DNA from: Candidatus Wolfebacteria bacterium GW2011_GWA1_44_24
Lineage (GTDB): Bacteria > Patescibacteriota > Minisyncoccia > UBA6257 > UBA9933
Length of the DNA: 64,000 nucleotides
NCBI GenBank assembly: GCA_001001115.1
Contig: LCIO01000002.1
Span: 2,848 to 66,847, forward strand
Reading direction: 5' to 3'
In this document: piece after piece, positions 32,856-41,683 of the stretch
Numbering within the stretch: the stretch's first letter is position 1
Layout of the letters: each line of letters opens with the position of its first letter
Notes under the pieces: generated by a model
Told to the model about the DNA's origin: nothing
The model's database searches: none
What the model saw: only the letters and a program-made list of their open reading frames with translations
Position numbers and translations under genes: made by a program

Positions 32856-35051
32856 CTATTTTTTAATTTTATGTGGATTGTAATTCGGACAATTTTTGTT
32901 TGAACATCTTTCCGGAATCGTTTTCGTTCCTTCCATCATCAGCGAGCCGCAAAGGTTGCAGATATTGCCGGTGGGCTTGGCTTTGATGGCGAATTTACAT
33001 TTGGGATAATTGGAGCAGGAATAAAATAAGCCAAACCTTCCGCGGCGTTCAATAATTTCACCCTCCTTACACTCCGGACATTTTATTCCGGTTTTTTTCT
33101 TAGCTTCTTCTTCGGGACTTTGTTTGATAAATTTGCATTTTGGATAATTGGCGCAAGATATGAATTTTCCGAATCGGCCTTCGCGTTCTATCAGTTTTCC
33201 TCCGCATTTGGGGCAGATTTCTCCGGTTTCTTTCGGTCCCTCCATAATTGAGCCGTCTATTTTTCTTGCTCCTTGGCATTCGGGAAATTTAGCGCAGCTT
33301 AAAAATTTTCCGGTTTTTGATAATTTAATAATCATTGAACCGCCGCAAACAGGGCATTTAAATTCTTCCGGCGCTTCGCCGAGATTAGTCAGCTTTTTTG
33401 TTGTTTTGTCTTTTGCTTTTACTTCCTTTAAAAACGGGCCGTAAAAATTTTTAAGCATTTTTTCGTATTCTCTTTTTCCTTCGGCGATTTCATCCAATTT
33501 GTTTTCCATTTCAGCGGTAAAAGAATCGCTGATATACTCCGCAAAATTATTTTCCAAAAATGTGCTGACTACATCTCCGGTGTCGGTGGGGTGCAGCGTT
33601 TTGCCTTCTTTTAGGACATATCCGCGGTCGTTGATTGTTTTGATAATAGAGGCGTAGGTGCTTGGCCGGCCAATTTCTCTTTTTTCCAATTCTTTGACGA
33701 GTCCGGCTTCGGTATATCTGTCCGGCGGTTCGGTTTGTTTACCCTCACTATTGATATTTATTAAAGTAATAGATTCGTCTTTTGATAATTTTGGCAGCTC
33801 TAAATCTTCGCCGCGACTAATCGGGTCAGCTGAAAGCCAGCCCGGGAAAACGACAATACTGCCGCTGGCGGAAAAATCAGGAATTGCTTTTAACATCTGA
33901 CTTTTGACATCTGACATTTGACAAATATTTGCCGAAATTTTCGTCCTTAATATTTTAGCGTCGGCCATCTGGCTGGCAATTGTTCTTTCCCAGATGAGAT
34001 TATAAAGTTTTTTTTGTTCATCATTTGTTCCGCTGTGTTTTTGATCAATTTTTGTCGGTCGGATAGCTTCATGCGCTTCTTGGGCGCTTTTGCTTTTAGT
34101 GGCGTAAGCGCGCGGCTGAAGATAATTTTTGCCGAAAATTTTTTCGATTTCCGTATAAATTTTGCGAAGCGCTTCTTGGCTGACATTGACGCTGTCAGTT
34201 CTCATATAAGTTATCAATCCCTGTTCATATAGTCTTTGGGCGATAGACATGGTGCGCGACGGCGAAAAACCCATTCGCGAACTGGCCGTCTGTTGGATGG
34301 TTGAGGTGGTAAATGGCGGCCGGGGAGAGCGTTTAACTTCAGTTTGTTTTATCGTGACGATTTCCCAAGCTTTTGCTTTTTTGGCGATATCAATAATATT
34401 TTTCACTTCAGTTTCGTCGCGCGGCTCTTTGTCGCAGATAAGCAAAATAATATCTCCGTTTTTTGTTTTAAATTCTCCGGTAATTACCCAATAGTTTTCC
34501 GGGATAAAACTTCTAATTTCCCGTTCGCGCTCCATAATGATGCGCAAAGCCGGCGATTGCACTCGGCCGGCTGAAAGCCCGTATCTTACTTTTTTCCAGA
34601 TTAAGCCGCTTAAATCATAACCGACCAACCTATCCAAAACGCGGCGCGCTTCCTGGGCTTTGCGTAAATTTTCATCGATATTGCGCGGATGCTCCAACGC
34701 TTCTTTAACGGCGTTTTCGGTGATTTCGTGGAAAACAATTCGTTTGGGATTTTTAAGGCCGCAGGCCTCTTTAATATGCCAAGCGATGGCTTCGCCTTCG
34801 CGGTCGGGGTCGGTGGCGAGAATCGTTTCTTCGGCATTTTTGGAAAGTTTTTCCAATTCTTCCACTACTTTTTCTTTGCCTGGAGAAATTTCATAATGAG
34901 GAATAAATCCTTTTTCAATATCAATCGCTTTTTTATTGTTTTTCGGCAAATCGCGAATATGGCCGACACTGGCGCGGATTTCAAATTTTTTATCGAGATA
35001 TTTAGAAATGGTTTTTGCCTTGGTTGGCGATTCTACTATTATTAATTTCAT
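32856..35051 (-). CDS. topA: DNA topoisomerase I with multiple C-terminal zinc-ribbon repeats
   Basis: 731 aa. MKLIIVESPTKAKTISKYL (Toprim), DPDREGEAIAWH, ...GLITYMRTDS (catalytic Tyr region). Five CxxC...C..C zinc-ribbon repeats (CPVCGG..., CPKCGG..., CPECKEG..., ...). Confidence 0.96.
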   Translation of the reverse strand: MKLIIVESPTKAKTISKYLDKKFEIRASVGHIRDLPKNNKKAIDIEKGFIPHYEISPGKEKVVEELEKLSKNAEETILATDPDREGEAIAWHIKEACGLKNPKRIVFHEITENAVKEALEHPRNIDENLRKAQEARRVLDRLVGYDLSGLIWKKVRYGLSAGRVQSPALRIIMEREREIRSFIPENYWVITGEFKTKNGDIILLICDKEPRDETEVKNIIDIAKKAKAWEIVTIKQTEVKRSPRPPFTTSTIQQTASSRMGFSPSRTMSIAQRLYEQGLITYMRTDSVNVSQEALRKIYTEIEKIFGKNYLQPRAYATKSKSAQEAHEAIRPTKIDQKHSGTNDEQKKLYNLIWERTIASQMADAKILRTKISANICQMSDVKSQMLKAIPDFSASGSIVVFPGWLSADPISRGEDLELPKLSKDESITLININSEGKQTEPPDRYTEAGLVKELEKREIGRPSTYASIIKTINDRGYVLKEGKTLHPTDTGDVVSTFLENNFAEYISDSFTAEMENKLDEIAEGKREYEKMLKNFYGPFLKEVKAKDKTTKKLTNLGEAPEEFKCPVCGGSMIIKLSKTGKFLSCAKFPECQGARKIDGSIMEGPKETGEICPKCGGKLIEREGRFGKFISCANYPKCKFIKQSPEEEAKKKTGIKCPECKEGEIIERRGRFGLFYSCSNYPKCKFAIKAKPTGNICNLCGSLMMEGTKTIPERCSNKNCPNYNPHKIKK

Positions 35052-35947
35052 ATTAGGTATCCTTTTTCCGTTTCTTTTATTATTTCGGCAATCGTCAAAA
35101 AGGCAATCGCTTGATTGACGACCGGCGGTTCAAGTTTAGTCAGTTCGATGATTTTGTCAACATTCAGTGGCTTGCCCGTTTCTTGAAGCGTATTAATAAT
35201 TAACAACTGATTTTTATCGGTAATTATTCCTGTATTTGATTTTTTCGGCCCGCTAAAACTTTTTTTTTGGAAGATTTCAGCGGGTAAATCTTCAAGAAGA
35301 TCTTCAATTGAACCGATTAGCCTTGCGCCGTCTCTTATCAATTTATGCGAGCCTCGATAATTCGGATGGTCTATCGGTCCGGGAAAAACAAAAACTTCAC
35401 GGCCCTGTTCAACCGCCCAATTGGCTGTTGCCAACGAGCCGGAGCGTTCGGGCGCTTCTATTATAATAGTGGCGATGCTTAATCCGCTGATAATTCGGTT
35501 GCGTTCCAGAAATTGATTTGGAAAAGACGGGGTGTTGGTCGGATATTCAGAAATAATCGCGCCGTCAAGTTCCAAAATCTTTTTCGCTAAATTTTCATTT
35601 TGACGGGGATAGATTGTATCAAGTCCGTTTGCCAGAACCGCTATGGTTTGTCCGCCGGCTTTGACCGCGCCTTCATGAGCCGAAGTATCTATTCCCATTG
35701 CCAAACCGCTGACAATAATTACGCCTAATTCCGTTAATTTTCGGGCTATTTCTTTGGCAAGCAATCGGCCCTGCGCCGTGGCTTTTCTGGTTCCGACAAT
35801 GGCGATTTTTGGTCTGTTCGCCAACGGTTCCGACGGCAAATTTCCCAGAACATATAATTTTTCCGGCGGATTTTGAATTTCTTTAAGCAAGGAAGGATAT
35901 TCGGGATTTTTTTGAGAGATTATCTTGATTTGGCGGTCTTGATTCAT
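35048..35947 (-). CDS. dprA: DNA processing protein DprA (Smf)
   Basis: 299 aa. IAIVGTRKATAQG, VSGLAMGIDTSAHEGA, SGSLATANWAVEQGREVFVFPG and a C-terminal winged helix. Overlaps the topA start by 4 nt. TATAAT lies 8 nt upstream of the ATG. Confidence 0.9.
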   Translation of the reverse strand: MNQDRQIKIISQKNPEYPSLLKEIQNPPEKLYVLGNLPSEPLANRPKIAIVGTRKATAQGRLLAKEIARKLTELGVIIVSGLAMGIDTSAHEGAVKAGGQTIAVLANGLDTIYPRQNENLAKKILELDGAIISEYPTNTPSFPNQFLERNRIISGLSIATIIIEAPERSGSLATANWAVEQGREVFVFPGPIDHPNYRGSHKLIRDGARLIGSIEDLLEDLPAEIFQKKSFSGPKKSNTGIITDKNQLLIINTLQETGKPLNVDKIIELTKLEPPVVNQAIAFLTIAEIIKETEKGYLI

Positions 35948-35986
35948 TACAATACATTATATACGAAACAATGAACGAAAAATAAT

Positions 35987-36505
35987 ATGAGGAAAGAATT
36001 ATTGACGCATATCGGCATTGGCGCAATACTGGTTTTGGTTTTGGCGGCCGCTTTTGTTTATTTGAGTTTTGATATCGGCAAAAGAGTGGATAAAATAAAG
36101 GAATCGAGAAGCAGTCTTGATTTTCATTCTCAGATAGCCGAATTATTATTTGCTTTACGCGCGGATTTTAACGCCGTCAGTCCTTATATTCTCGGAATAG
36201 AGAACATTCTTCCTTCTCGGGACGAACTGGTAAATTTTTCCCGCGATTTAAGCGCGGCAGCCGGTCAGAATTCAGTCAGCTTCACCTCTAAATTTTCCGG
36301 AGAAAATTTAATCGGGAAAATTTCAGCGGATGATTTGAAATGGATAGGAGTTGATTTCACTCTCGGAGGAGGATTTGATAATATCGTTAATTTCCTTAAA
36401 ACCGTTGAAAATAGCCGTTATTCCATTAAACTGAACGCGCTTGATTTGAGCCGGAGAGACAACGATTACAGGGGATTGTTGAACGGCAAAGTATTCTATT
36501 TTTAA
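35987..36505 (+). CDS. PilO-like membrane protein (second copy, putative)
   Basis: 172 aa. N-terminal TM GIGAILVLVLAAAFVYLSF, a helical segment, then ...VDFTLGGGFDNIVNFLKTVENSRYSIKLNALDL..., which resembles the PilO ferredoxin-like core of the 42244 gene (inference). Confidence 0.45.
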   Translation: MRKELLTHIGIGAILVLVLAAAFVYLSFDIGKRVDKIKESRSSLDFHSQIAELLFALRADFNAVSPYILGIENILPSRDELVNFSRDLSAAAGQNSVSFTSKFSGENLIGKISADDLKWIGVDFTLGGGFDNIVNFLKTVENSRYSIKLNALDLSRRDNDYRGLLNGKVFYF

Positions 36506-36511
36506 AAAATC

Positions 36512-36697
36512 ATGAAAAAAAATTTTATTTTTATCGTCGGTTTTTTTCTGCTTGCGGGACTGATTGTTTTTGTGGTATATTCGTTGAGTTTTTTAGTCAG
36601 TAAGATTAATGCAGCGATGAATATTGAAAACGCCGGTAAACAGCCGATAATCAGAATTAATTTTGAAGGATTGAAAAAGATAGGAATAATAAAATAG
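36512..36697 (+). CDS. Small single-TM protein
   Basis: 61 aa. FIFIVGFFLLAGLIVFVVYSLSFL. Positioned like the 94-aa gene that follows pilO at 42799. Confidence 0.5.
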   Translation: MKKNFIFIVGFFLLAGLIVFVVYSLSFLVSKINAAMNIENAGKQPIIRINFEGLKKIGIIK

Positions 36698-36720
36698 AAT
36701 AAATGTCGCGTTGAAAACTT

Positions 36721-36795
36721 GGGCGGCTAGTTCAGTGGTAGAACGCTGTCCTGATAAGACAGAGGTCATAGGTTCGATTCCTATGCCGCCCACCA
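36721..36795 (+). tRNA. tRNA-Ile (anticodon GAU), CCA encoded
   Basis: GGGCGGCTAGTTCAGTGGTAGAACGCTGTCCTGATAAGACAGAGGTCATAGGTTCGATTCCTATGCCGCCCACCA. Anticodon stem CTGTC/GACAG, loop CTGATAA. Confidence 0.94.
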
Positions 36796-36798
36796 GTC

Positions 36799-36873
36799 GC
36801 GCGATTAGCTCAGTGGTAGAGCGTTTCATTGACATTGAAAAGGTCGGAGGTTCGATCCCTCCATCGCGCACCA
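36799..36873 (+). tRNA. tRNA-Val (anticodon GAC), CCA encoded
   Basis: GCGCGATTAGCTCAGTGGTAGAGCGTTTCATTGACATTGAAAAGGTCGGAGGTTCGATCCCTCCATCGCGCACCA. Anticodon stem TTTCA/TGAAA, loop TTGACAT. Confidence 0.94.
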
Positions 36874-36876
36874 AAG

Positions 36877-36905
36877 TTGACATTACGCTAAATAATATCT
36901 ACTAT
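36877..36905 (+). promoter_or_regulatory. Sigma70-type promoter for rplS at leaderless spacing
   Basis: TTGACA (36877-36882), 17-nt spacer, TACTAT (36900-36905), 8 nt, ATG at 36914. No SD. Confidence 0.6.
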
Positions 36906-36913
36906 TTATCATT

Positions 36914-37240
36914 ATGATAACCGAAGAAATTTTGAAACAAATCAAATCCGGCGCTATGGTGCGGGTTTGGGAAAAGATAAAAGAAGGAGACAAAGAAAGA
37001 ACCAGCGCGTTTAAGGGAGTTGTTATTGCCCGAAAGCACGGCAAGGAAACGGGCGCGACTTTTACGGTCCGGGCGGAAATGAGCGGTATTGGCGTTGAAA
37101 AAATTTATCCCATCAATTCGCCGCTTATCGACAAGGTTGAAGTTTTAAGTTCTCCAAAAAAAGTTCATCGGGCTAAATTGTATTTTTTGAGAAAAGTCTC
37201 CAAGAAAGTTTCAAGACGGAAGATTGGCGTGGCGGTGTAA
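36914..37240 (+). CDS. rplS: 50S ribosomal protein L19
   Basis: 108 aa. ...GAMVRVWEKIKEGDKERTSAFKGVVIARKHGKETGATFTVRA...GVEKIYPINSPLIDKVEVL... Confidence 0.9.
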   Translation: MITEEILKQIKSGAMVRVWEKIKEGDKERTSAFKGVVIARKHGKETGATFTVRAEMSGIGVEKIYPINSPLIDKVEVLSSPKKVHRAKLYFLRKVSKKVSRRKIGVAV

Positions 37241-37269
37241 AATTAGTAGTTAGGAATATAAGGAAATTT

Positions 37270-37354
37270 GCGCGGGTGGCGAAACCGGCAGACGCACTAC
37301 CTTGAGGTGGTAGCGCCGCAAGGCGTGGAGGTTCGAATCCTCTCCCGCGCACCA
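37270..37354 (+). tRNA. tRNA-Leu (anticodon GAG), CCA encoded
   Basis: GCGCGGGTGGCGAAACCGGCAGACGCACTACCTTGAGGTGGTAGCGCCGCAAGGCGTGGAGGTTCGAATCCTCTCCCGCGCACCA. Anticodon stem CTACC/GGTAG, loop TTGAGGT, long variable arm. Confidence 0.94.
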
Positions 37355-37378
37355 TAATCCCTTTTCAGAGATTTTTTG

Positions 37379-37412
37379 ATGGGCTTCCGCAACGGAAGCC
37401 CATTGTTTTTTT
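37379..37412 (+). terminator. Rho-independent terminator after rplS / tRNA-Leu
   Basis: ATGGGCTTCCG caa CGGAAGCCCAT followed by tgttttttt. 11-bp perfect stem. Confidence 0.88.
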
Positions 37413-37449
37413 AATGAATTTCGCGACATTTTGAGTTATAATTTTACGG

Positions 37450-39630
37450 ATGGACGAAATAAAACTTGAGACGCCTCTGGAAAAAATTAAAGGCATCGGG
37501 CCGAAATTTTTGGTTAAATTGAAACATTTTAACATTGCGACCGTCAAAGATTTGCTTTGGCATTTTCCGAACCGGTATGAAGATTTTTCCAATATCTTCA
37601 AAATCGTTGATTTGCAGATTAATCAACATGCGACCGTTCGCGGAGAAATCCAATCGATTAAAATGCGGCGGACTTGGAAGCGGAAAATGTTTATCATCGA
37701 GGCGCTGATAAGCGACGATACCGGCAGCATCCGCGCCATTTGGTTCAATCAGAAATTCCTGATAATGATGCTTAAAAAAGGAAAAATGGTGAATCTGGCC
37801 GGCAAAGTGGCTGAAGCGCCTAAAGGCGGGTTAATAATGAATCATCCCATCCATGAAATCATCACTTCCTCCAAAGAGAACGGCGATTTGCGGCACACGG
37901 GCCGGGTGGTGCCGATTTATCCGGAAACCAAGGGCATCACTTCGAAGGGCATCAGATATTTATTGAAGCCGCTGCTTGATAAAATCGGCAAAATCGAAGA
38001 ATCGCTGCCCGAAGAAATTTTAAAAAAATACGGAGTTTTGGGAATTGACAAGGCCATAAAACTCGTCCATTTTCCGGAGAAAATCGATGACGCGATTTTG
38101 GCGAAAAAAAGATTTGCCTTCGAAGATTTGTTTTTTTTGAGTTTGGCTAATATCCGCCAAAGAATAAAGCTTGATAAAGAAAAAGCTTATTCATCGGATT
38201 TTGAGCTTGATGACATTAAAGAATTGCTTGCAAAACTGCCTTTTGAGCTTACTTTCAGCCAGAAAAAATCGCTTTGGGAAATTTTGCAGGACATTAAAAA
38301 ATCCCACCCGATGAATCGGCTTTTACAGGGAGACGTTGGCAGCGGAAAAACGATTGTGGCGGTTTTAACGGCGCTGGTTTTGGCGAAAGACGGCAAGCAA
38401 TCGGCTTTTATGGCGCCGACGGAAGTTTTGGCGCGCCAGCATTTTGAAACTTTCAAGAAGTTTTTTGCCGACTTTGACAAAGGCGCCGGGTTAATGACCG
38501 GTTCAATGGCAAAAGTTTTTTATGGAGACGGATTGGAAAACGATTTTAAGAAAAACGATTTAACGAAAAAAGTCGGCAACAATGAAATTAAAATTGTTTT
38601 TGGCACTCACGCGCTTATTCAAAAATACGTTAAATTCAGCGATTTGGCTTTGGTGATTATCGATGAACAGCATCGTTTCGGCGTCCGCCAGCGGGCGGAG
38701 CTTTTTAAGAATCACGGCGCAAAAGAAATGCTTCCTCATTTATTGAGCATGAGCGCCACTCCGATTCCCCGCACTTTGACTTTGGCGGTTTTCGGCGACC
38801 TTGATTTGTCCATAATCGACGAGCTTCCGAAAAACAGAAAAGCGATTATCACAAAAATTGTTGACCCTAAAAATCGCGATAAGGCTTACGCTTTTATTCG
38901 CGGCCAGGTTAAAAAAGGCAGGCAGGTTTTTGTGATTTGTCCGAGAATAGAACCGACATCTGAAAGCCAGGAAATTGAAAATCAAAACACAACTGAATCA
39001 ATTAAAAAATCTTTTTTTCATAATTGGGATAATGTGAAAATGGTGAAAGAAGAATATGAAAAACTTTCCAAAAAAGTTTTTCCGGATTTGCGGGTTTTAA
39101 TGCTTCACGGAAAAATGAAAGCCAAGGAAAAAAACGAAACAATGACGCGCTTTAATAATCGCGAAACCGATATTTTAGTTTCCACTTCGGTCATAGAAGT
39201 CGGCGTCGACGTGCCTAACGCCACCATAATGATGATTGAAGACGCGGACAAATTCGGTTTAGCTCAGCTTTATCAATTTCGCGGCCGTGTCGGCAGGGGA
39301 GAGCATCAATCTTTTTGTTTTCTTCTTACGGAGTCGTCTTCAAAAATAACTCATGAGCGGCTTAAATCTTTAATTGACGCTAAAAATGGTTTTGAATTGG
39401 CCGAAAAAGATTTGGCAATCAGGGGACCGGGAGAATTTTTGGGAACATCGGCCGGCTGGGCGCAAACCGGCGTTCCGGATATGGCGATGAAAGCGATTAA
39501 AAATCCGACGCTGGTCAAAGATAGCCGGAAAGCGGCGGAAGAATTGCTTTCAAACGATTCCGAACTTGAAAGATATCCGATTGTCAGAAAAAGATTGGAA
39601 AGCTTCCAAGAAGAAATTCATTTGGAATAA
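37450..39630 (+). CDS. recG: ATP-dependent DNA helicase RecG
   Basis: 726 aa. Wedge/OB N-terminus, LLQGDVGSGKT (Walker A), IIDEQHRFG (DEQH), ...LSMSATPIPRTL..., ...QLYQFRGRVGRG.... TATAAT (37437-37442) lies 7 nt upstream of the ATG. Confidence 0.93.
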   Translation: MDEIKLETPLEKIKGIGPKFLVKLKHFNIATVKDLLWHFPNRYEDFSNIFKIVDLQINQHATVRGEIQSIKMRRTWKRKMFIIEALISDDTGSIRAIWFNQKFLIMMLKKGKMVNLAGKVAEAPKGGLIMNHPIHEIITSSKENGDLRHTGRVVPIYPETKGITSKGIRYLLKPLLDKIGKIEESLPEEILKKYGVLGIDKAIKLVHFPEKIDDAILAKKRFAFEDLFFLSLANIRQRIKLDKEKAYSSDFELDDIKELLAKLPFELTFSQKKSLWEILQDIKKSHPMNRLLQGDVGSGKTIVAVLTALVLAKDGKQSAFMAPTEVLARQHFETFKKFFADFDKGAGLMTGSMAKVFYGDGLENDFKKNDLTKKVGNNEIKIVFGTHALIQKYVKFSDLALVIIDEQHRFGVRQRAELFKNHGAKEMLPHLLSMSATPIPRTLTLAVFGDLDLSIIDELPKNRKAIITKIVDPKNRDKAYAFIRGQVKKGRQVFVICPRIEPTSESQEIENQNTTESIKKSFFHNWDNVKMVKEEYEKLSKKVFPDLRVLMLHGKMKAKEKNETMTRFNNRETDILVSTSVIEVGVDVPNATIMMIEDADKFGLAQLYQFRGRVGRGEHQSFCFLLTESSSKITHERLKSLIDAKNGFELAEKDLAIRGPGEFLGTSAGWAQTGVPDMAMKAIKNPTLVKDSRKAAEELLSNDSELERYPIVRKRLESFQEEIHLE

Positions 39631-39639
39631 TTTGGGGTA

Positions 39640-39870
39640 ATCTTTATTAAAAAATCTTTTCCAAGCGAATATTTTCCAGCAGATTGCCTTTCAGAACCAG
39701 AATATTTTTGTTCCAGCGACAAAAATTTCTTCCCCCTCGGCGCGCTGGCTCCGACTATTGTCGGAGACCCTAAACGGAAGCGCAGTCCGCCAGCTGGCGG
39801 ACGTGAGCGGGTTGAAAAAACTTTACATTTTCCGTTGCAAATGAGTGGGAAAAGATTTTTTAATAAAGAT
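39640..39870. repeat. 231-bp element bounded by a perfect 23-bp inverted repeat, with internal GC-rich perfect palindromes (candidate MITE or structured ncRNA)
   Basis: ATCTTTATTAAAAAATCTTTTCC (39640-39662) is the exact reverse complement of 39848-39870. Inside are CTCCGAC tatt GTCGGAG (39749-39766), GTCCGCCAGCTGGCGGAC (39785-39802), and AACGGAA...TTCCGTT. The element lies between convergent recG and comFC. Confidence 0.8.
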
Positions 39871-39886
39871 GAAAAATTCGATATTT

Positions 39887-40609
39887 TTACGCTTTCGCCA
39901 AAACCAGAGCGATAATTCTTCTCGCGCCGTTTTCTTTTAAAATTCTCACGGCTTCGTTCATTGTAGCGCCGGAAGTGAAAACGTCGTCAACCAGCAGAAT
40001 ATTTTTGTTTTTTATATTCTCGGCGTTTTGAACAGTAAAACAATTTTTAACATTTTTCGCTCTTTCTTCATTATCTTTCAATTTAGCTTGGGGCAAAGTA
40101 TTTTTCGTTCTTTTCAATCCGTTAATCATCGTCAAATTGAAATTGGCGGCGATAAATTCGGCAAGCGATTTTGACTGGTTAAATCCCCGCCGGCGCAAAC
40201 TCCGGGAAGAAAGGGGAACGGGAATTACGATATAATTTTCAATTTTCAATTTACAATTTTCAATATATTTTATCGTTAATTCTCCCAGAAGCGGCGATAG
40301 ATTTTCAAAACTTTCGTATTTAAAATAATGAATCAAGTTGCGGAGAATCGGGTCATCGTAATTTCCCGCGGCGGCCAAAAGATAAGAAAACGGCTGGTTT
40401 TTTTTGCCGTGATTGCAGATTTTTTTGTTATCCGCCAATCGCGCCCGGCAAACCGGACAGAATAAAGAGGTGTTGAGTTTAATGAGAGAAAAGCATTGAT
40501 TGCAAATCGGATTTTCGCCATTGGCGATATATTTTTGGCAATCCAAACAAATTAGCGGGAAAAGGACATCAAAAACGAGATTTTTTATTTTGATTAAAAA
40601 AAGAATCAT
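39887..40609 (-). CDS. comFC: ComF-family protein (ComFC-like phosphoribosyltransferase-fold competence protein)
   Basis: The track ORF extends to 40729, but the credible start is ATG 40609 (MILFLIKIKNLVFDVLFPLICLDCQKY...). Contains a double Cys zinc motif, and the PRTase motif ILLVDDVFTSGATMNEAVRIL at the C-terminus. Confidence 0.85.
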   Translation of the reverse strand: MILFLIKIKNLVFDVLFPLICLDCQKYIANGENPICNQCFSLIKLNTSLFCPVCRARLADNKKICNHGKKNQPFSYLLAAAGNYDDPILRNLIHYFKYESFENLSPLLGELTIKYIENCKLKIENYIVIPVPLSSRSLRRRGFNQSKSLAEFIAANFNLTMINGLKRTKNTLPQAKLKDNEERAKNVKNCFTVQNAENIKNKNILLVDDVFTSGATMNEAVRILKENGARRIIALVLAKA

Positions 40610-40622
40610 TGTTATAATTGTA
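40610..40622. promoter_or_regulatory. Overlapping divergent -10 elements in the 19-nt comFC/pilM intergenic gap
   Basis: Plus strand: TGtTATAAT (40610-40618), 10 nt before the pilM ATG at 40629. Minus strand: TACAAT (40622..40617), 7 nt before the comFC ATG at 40609. Confidence 0.5.
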
Positions 40623-40628
40623 GCAGAT

Positions 40629-41678
40629 ATGTTTGATTTTTTATCCCGTTCAACTCTTGGCGTTGATATCGGCACGGCTTCCATAAAAATCGTGGAAATC
40701 GCCAAATCTTTGCCAAAGCCGAAACTCAAAAATTACGGCATTCTCAGGTCTCGGACGTATTTGGAACGGCCCAACAGCGCCATTCAAACGAATAGTCTGA
40801 AAATCTTGGAAAAGGAAACCGCCGATTTGCTAAGAATTCTCGTTAAAAAAGCGAAATTCAAAAGTCGGAACGCGGTTGCTTCCATTCCTTCTTTTTCGGC
40901 TTTTACGACTCTTTTGGAAATGCCGATAATGTCAGGAGTCGATGTTTCAAAGACCATGCCGTTTCAGATTCGCCAGCACATTCCTTTGCCGGTTTCGGAA
41001 GTCGTCATTGATTGGAATAAAGTCGGCGAGCGGGAAGACGAAGAAGGATTGAAACAGCAGATTTTGATGATAGCCGTGCCGATTGAAATCAAAAACAAAT
41101 ACCAAAACATTTTTAAGCTGGCCGGTTTGAATTTAAAATCTTTGGAAACGGAAAGCGTCAGTTTGGTCAGAGCGCTGGCCGCGGCTGATCCCAGTCCGGC
41201 TTTAATAATCGACATCGGCGCCTATTCCACCAATATCGCGGTCAGCGAAAACGGATTTCTTAAAACCAATTTTTTCAGCGATTTTGCCGGAGCTTCGCTG
41301 ACAAAAGCGATTGCCAACGGCTTGAATATCGGCGTGAAAAGAGCCGAAGAACTAAAAAAGGAAAGGGGATTAATGGGTGGCGGAGGCGATTACGAGTTAT
41401 CCACATTGTCGGAGCCTCATTTGGATGTTATAATTGAAGAAACGAATAGGGCGAAAAACAATTATGAGAAGAGTTTCAGTCGGAAAATAGAGCGCGCCAT
41501 AATTGCCGGCGGCGGCGCCAATCTGCCTGGTATTGGAAATTATTTTGAAAAGCGGCTTGGAATGGCAACAACGATAGGCAGCGCTTTTTCTCGAATAAAT
41601 TATCCGCCGGAAATTGGATTATTCTCCAAAGAATTAGGCCCGGAATTCGCGGTTGCCGTCGGTCTGGGGCTTAAATAA
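40629..41678 (+). CDS. pilM: Type IV pilus assembly protein PilM (actin-like ATPase fold)
   Basis: The ATG at 40629 gives MFDFLSRSTLGVDIGTASIKIVEI... (349 aa). ...LIIDIGAYSTNIAV... and ...IIAGGGANLPGI.... Followed by PilN/PilO-like genes. Confidence 0.85.
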   Translation: MFDFLSRSTLGVDIGTASIKIVEIAKSLPKPKLKNYGILRSRTYLERPNSAIQTNSLKILEKETADLLRILVKKAKFKSRNAVASIPSFSAFTTLLEMPIMSGVDVSKTMPFQIRQHIPLPVSEVVIDWNKVGEREDEEGLKQQILMIAVPIEIKNKYQNIFKLAGLNLKSLETESVSLVRALAAADPSPALIIDIGAYSTNIAVSENGFLKTNFFSDFAGASLTKAIANGLNIGVKRAEELKKERGLMGGGGDYELSTLSEPHLDVIIEETNRAKNNYEKSFSRKIERAIIAGGGANLPGIGNYFEKRLGMATTIGSAFSRINYPPEIGLFSKELGPEFAVAVGLGLK

Positions 41679-41683
41679 TAGAT

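Noticed and set aside
39841-39915. 24-codon ORF (MSGKRFFNKDEKFDIFTLSPKPER) starting inside the right arm of the inverted-repeat element
   Set aside because: It has no ribosome-binding or promoter signal. It overlaps the comFC 3' end in antisense, and part of it is encoded by the repeat arm itself. It is most likely fortuitous.
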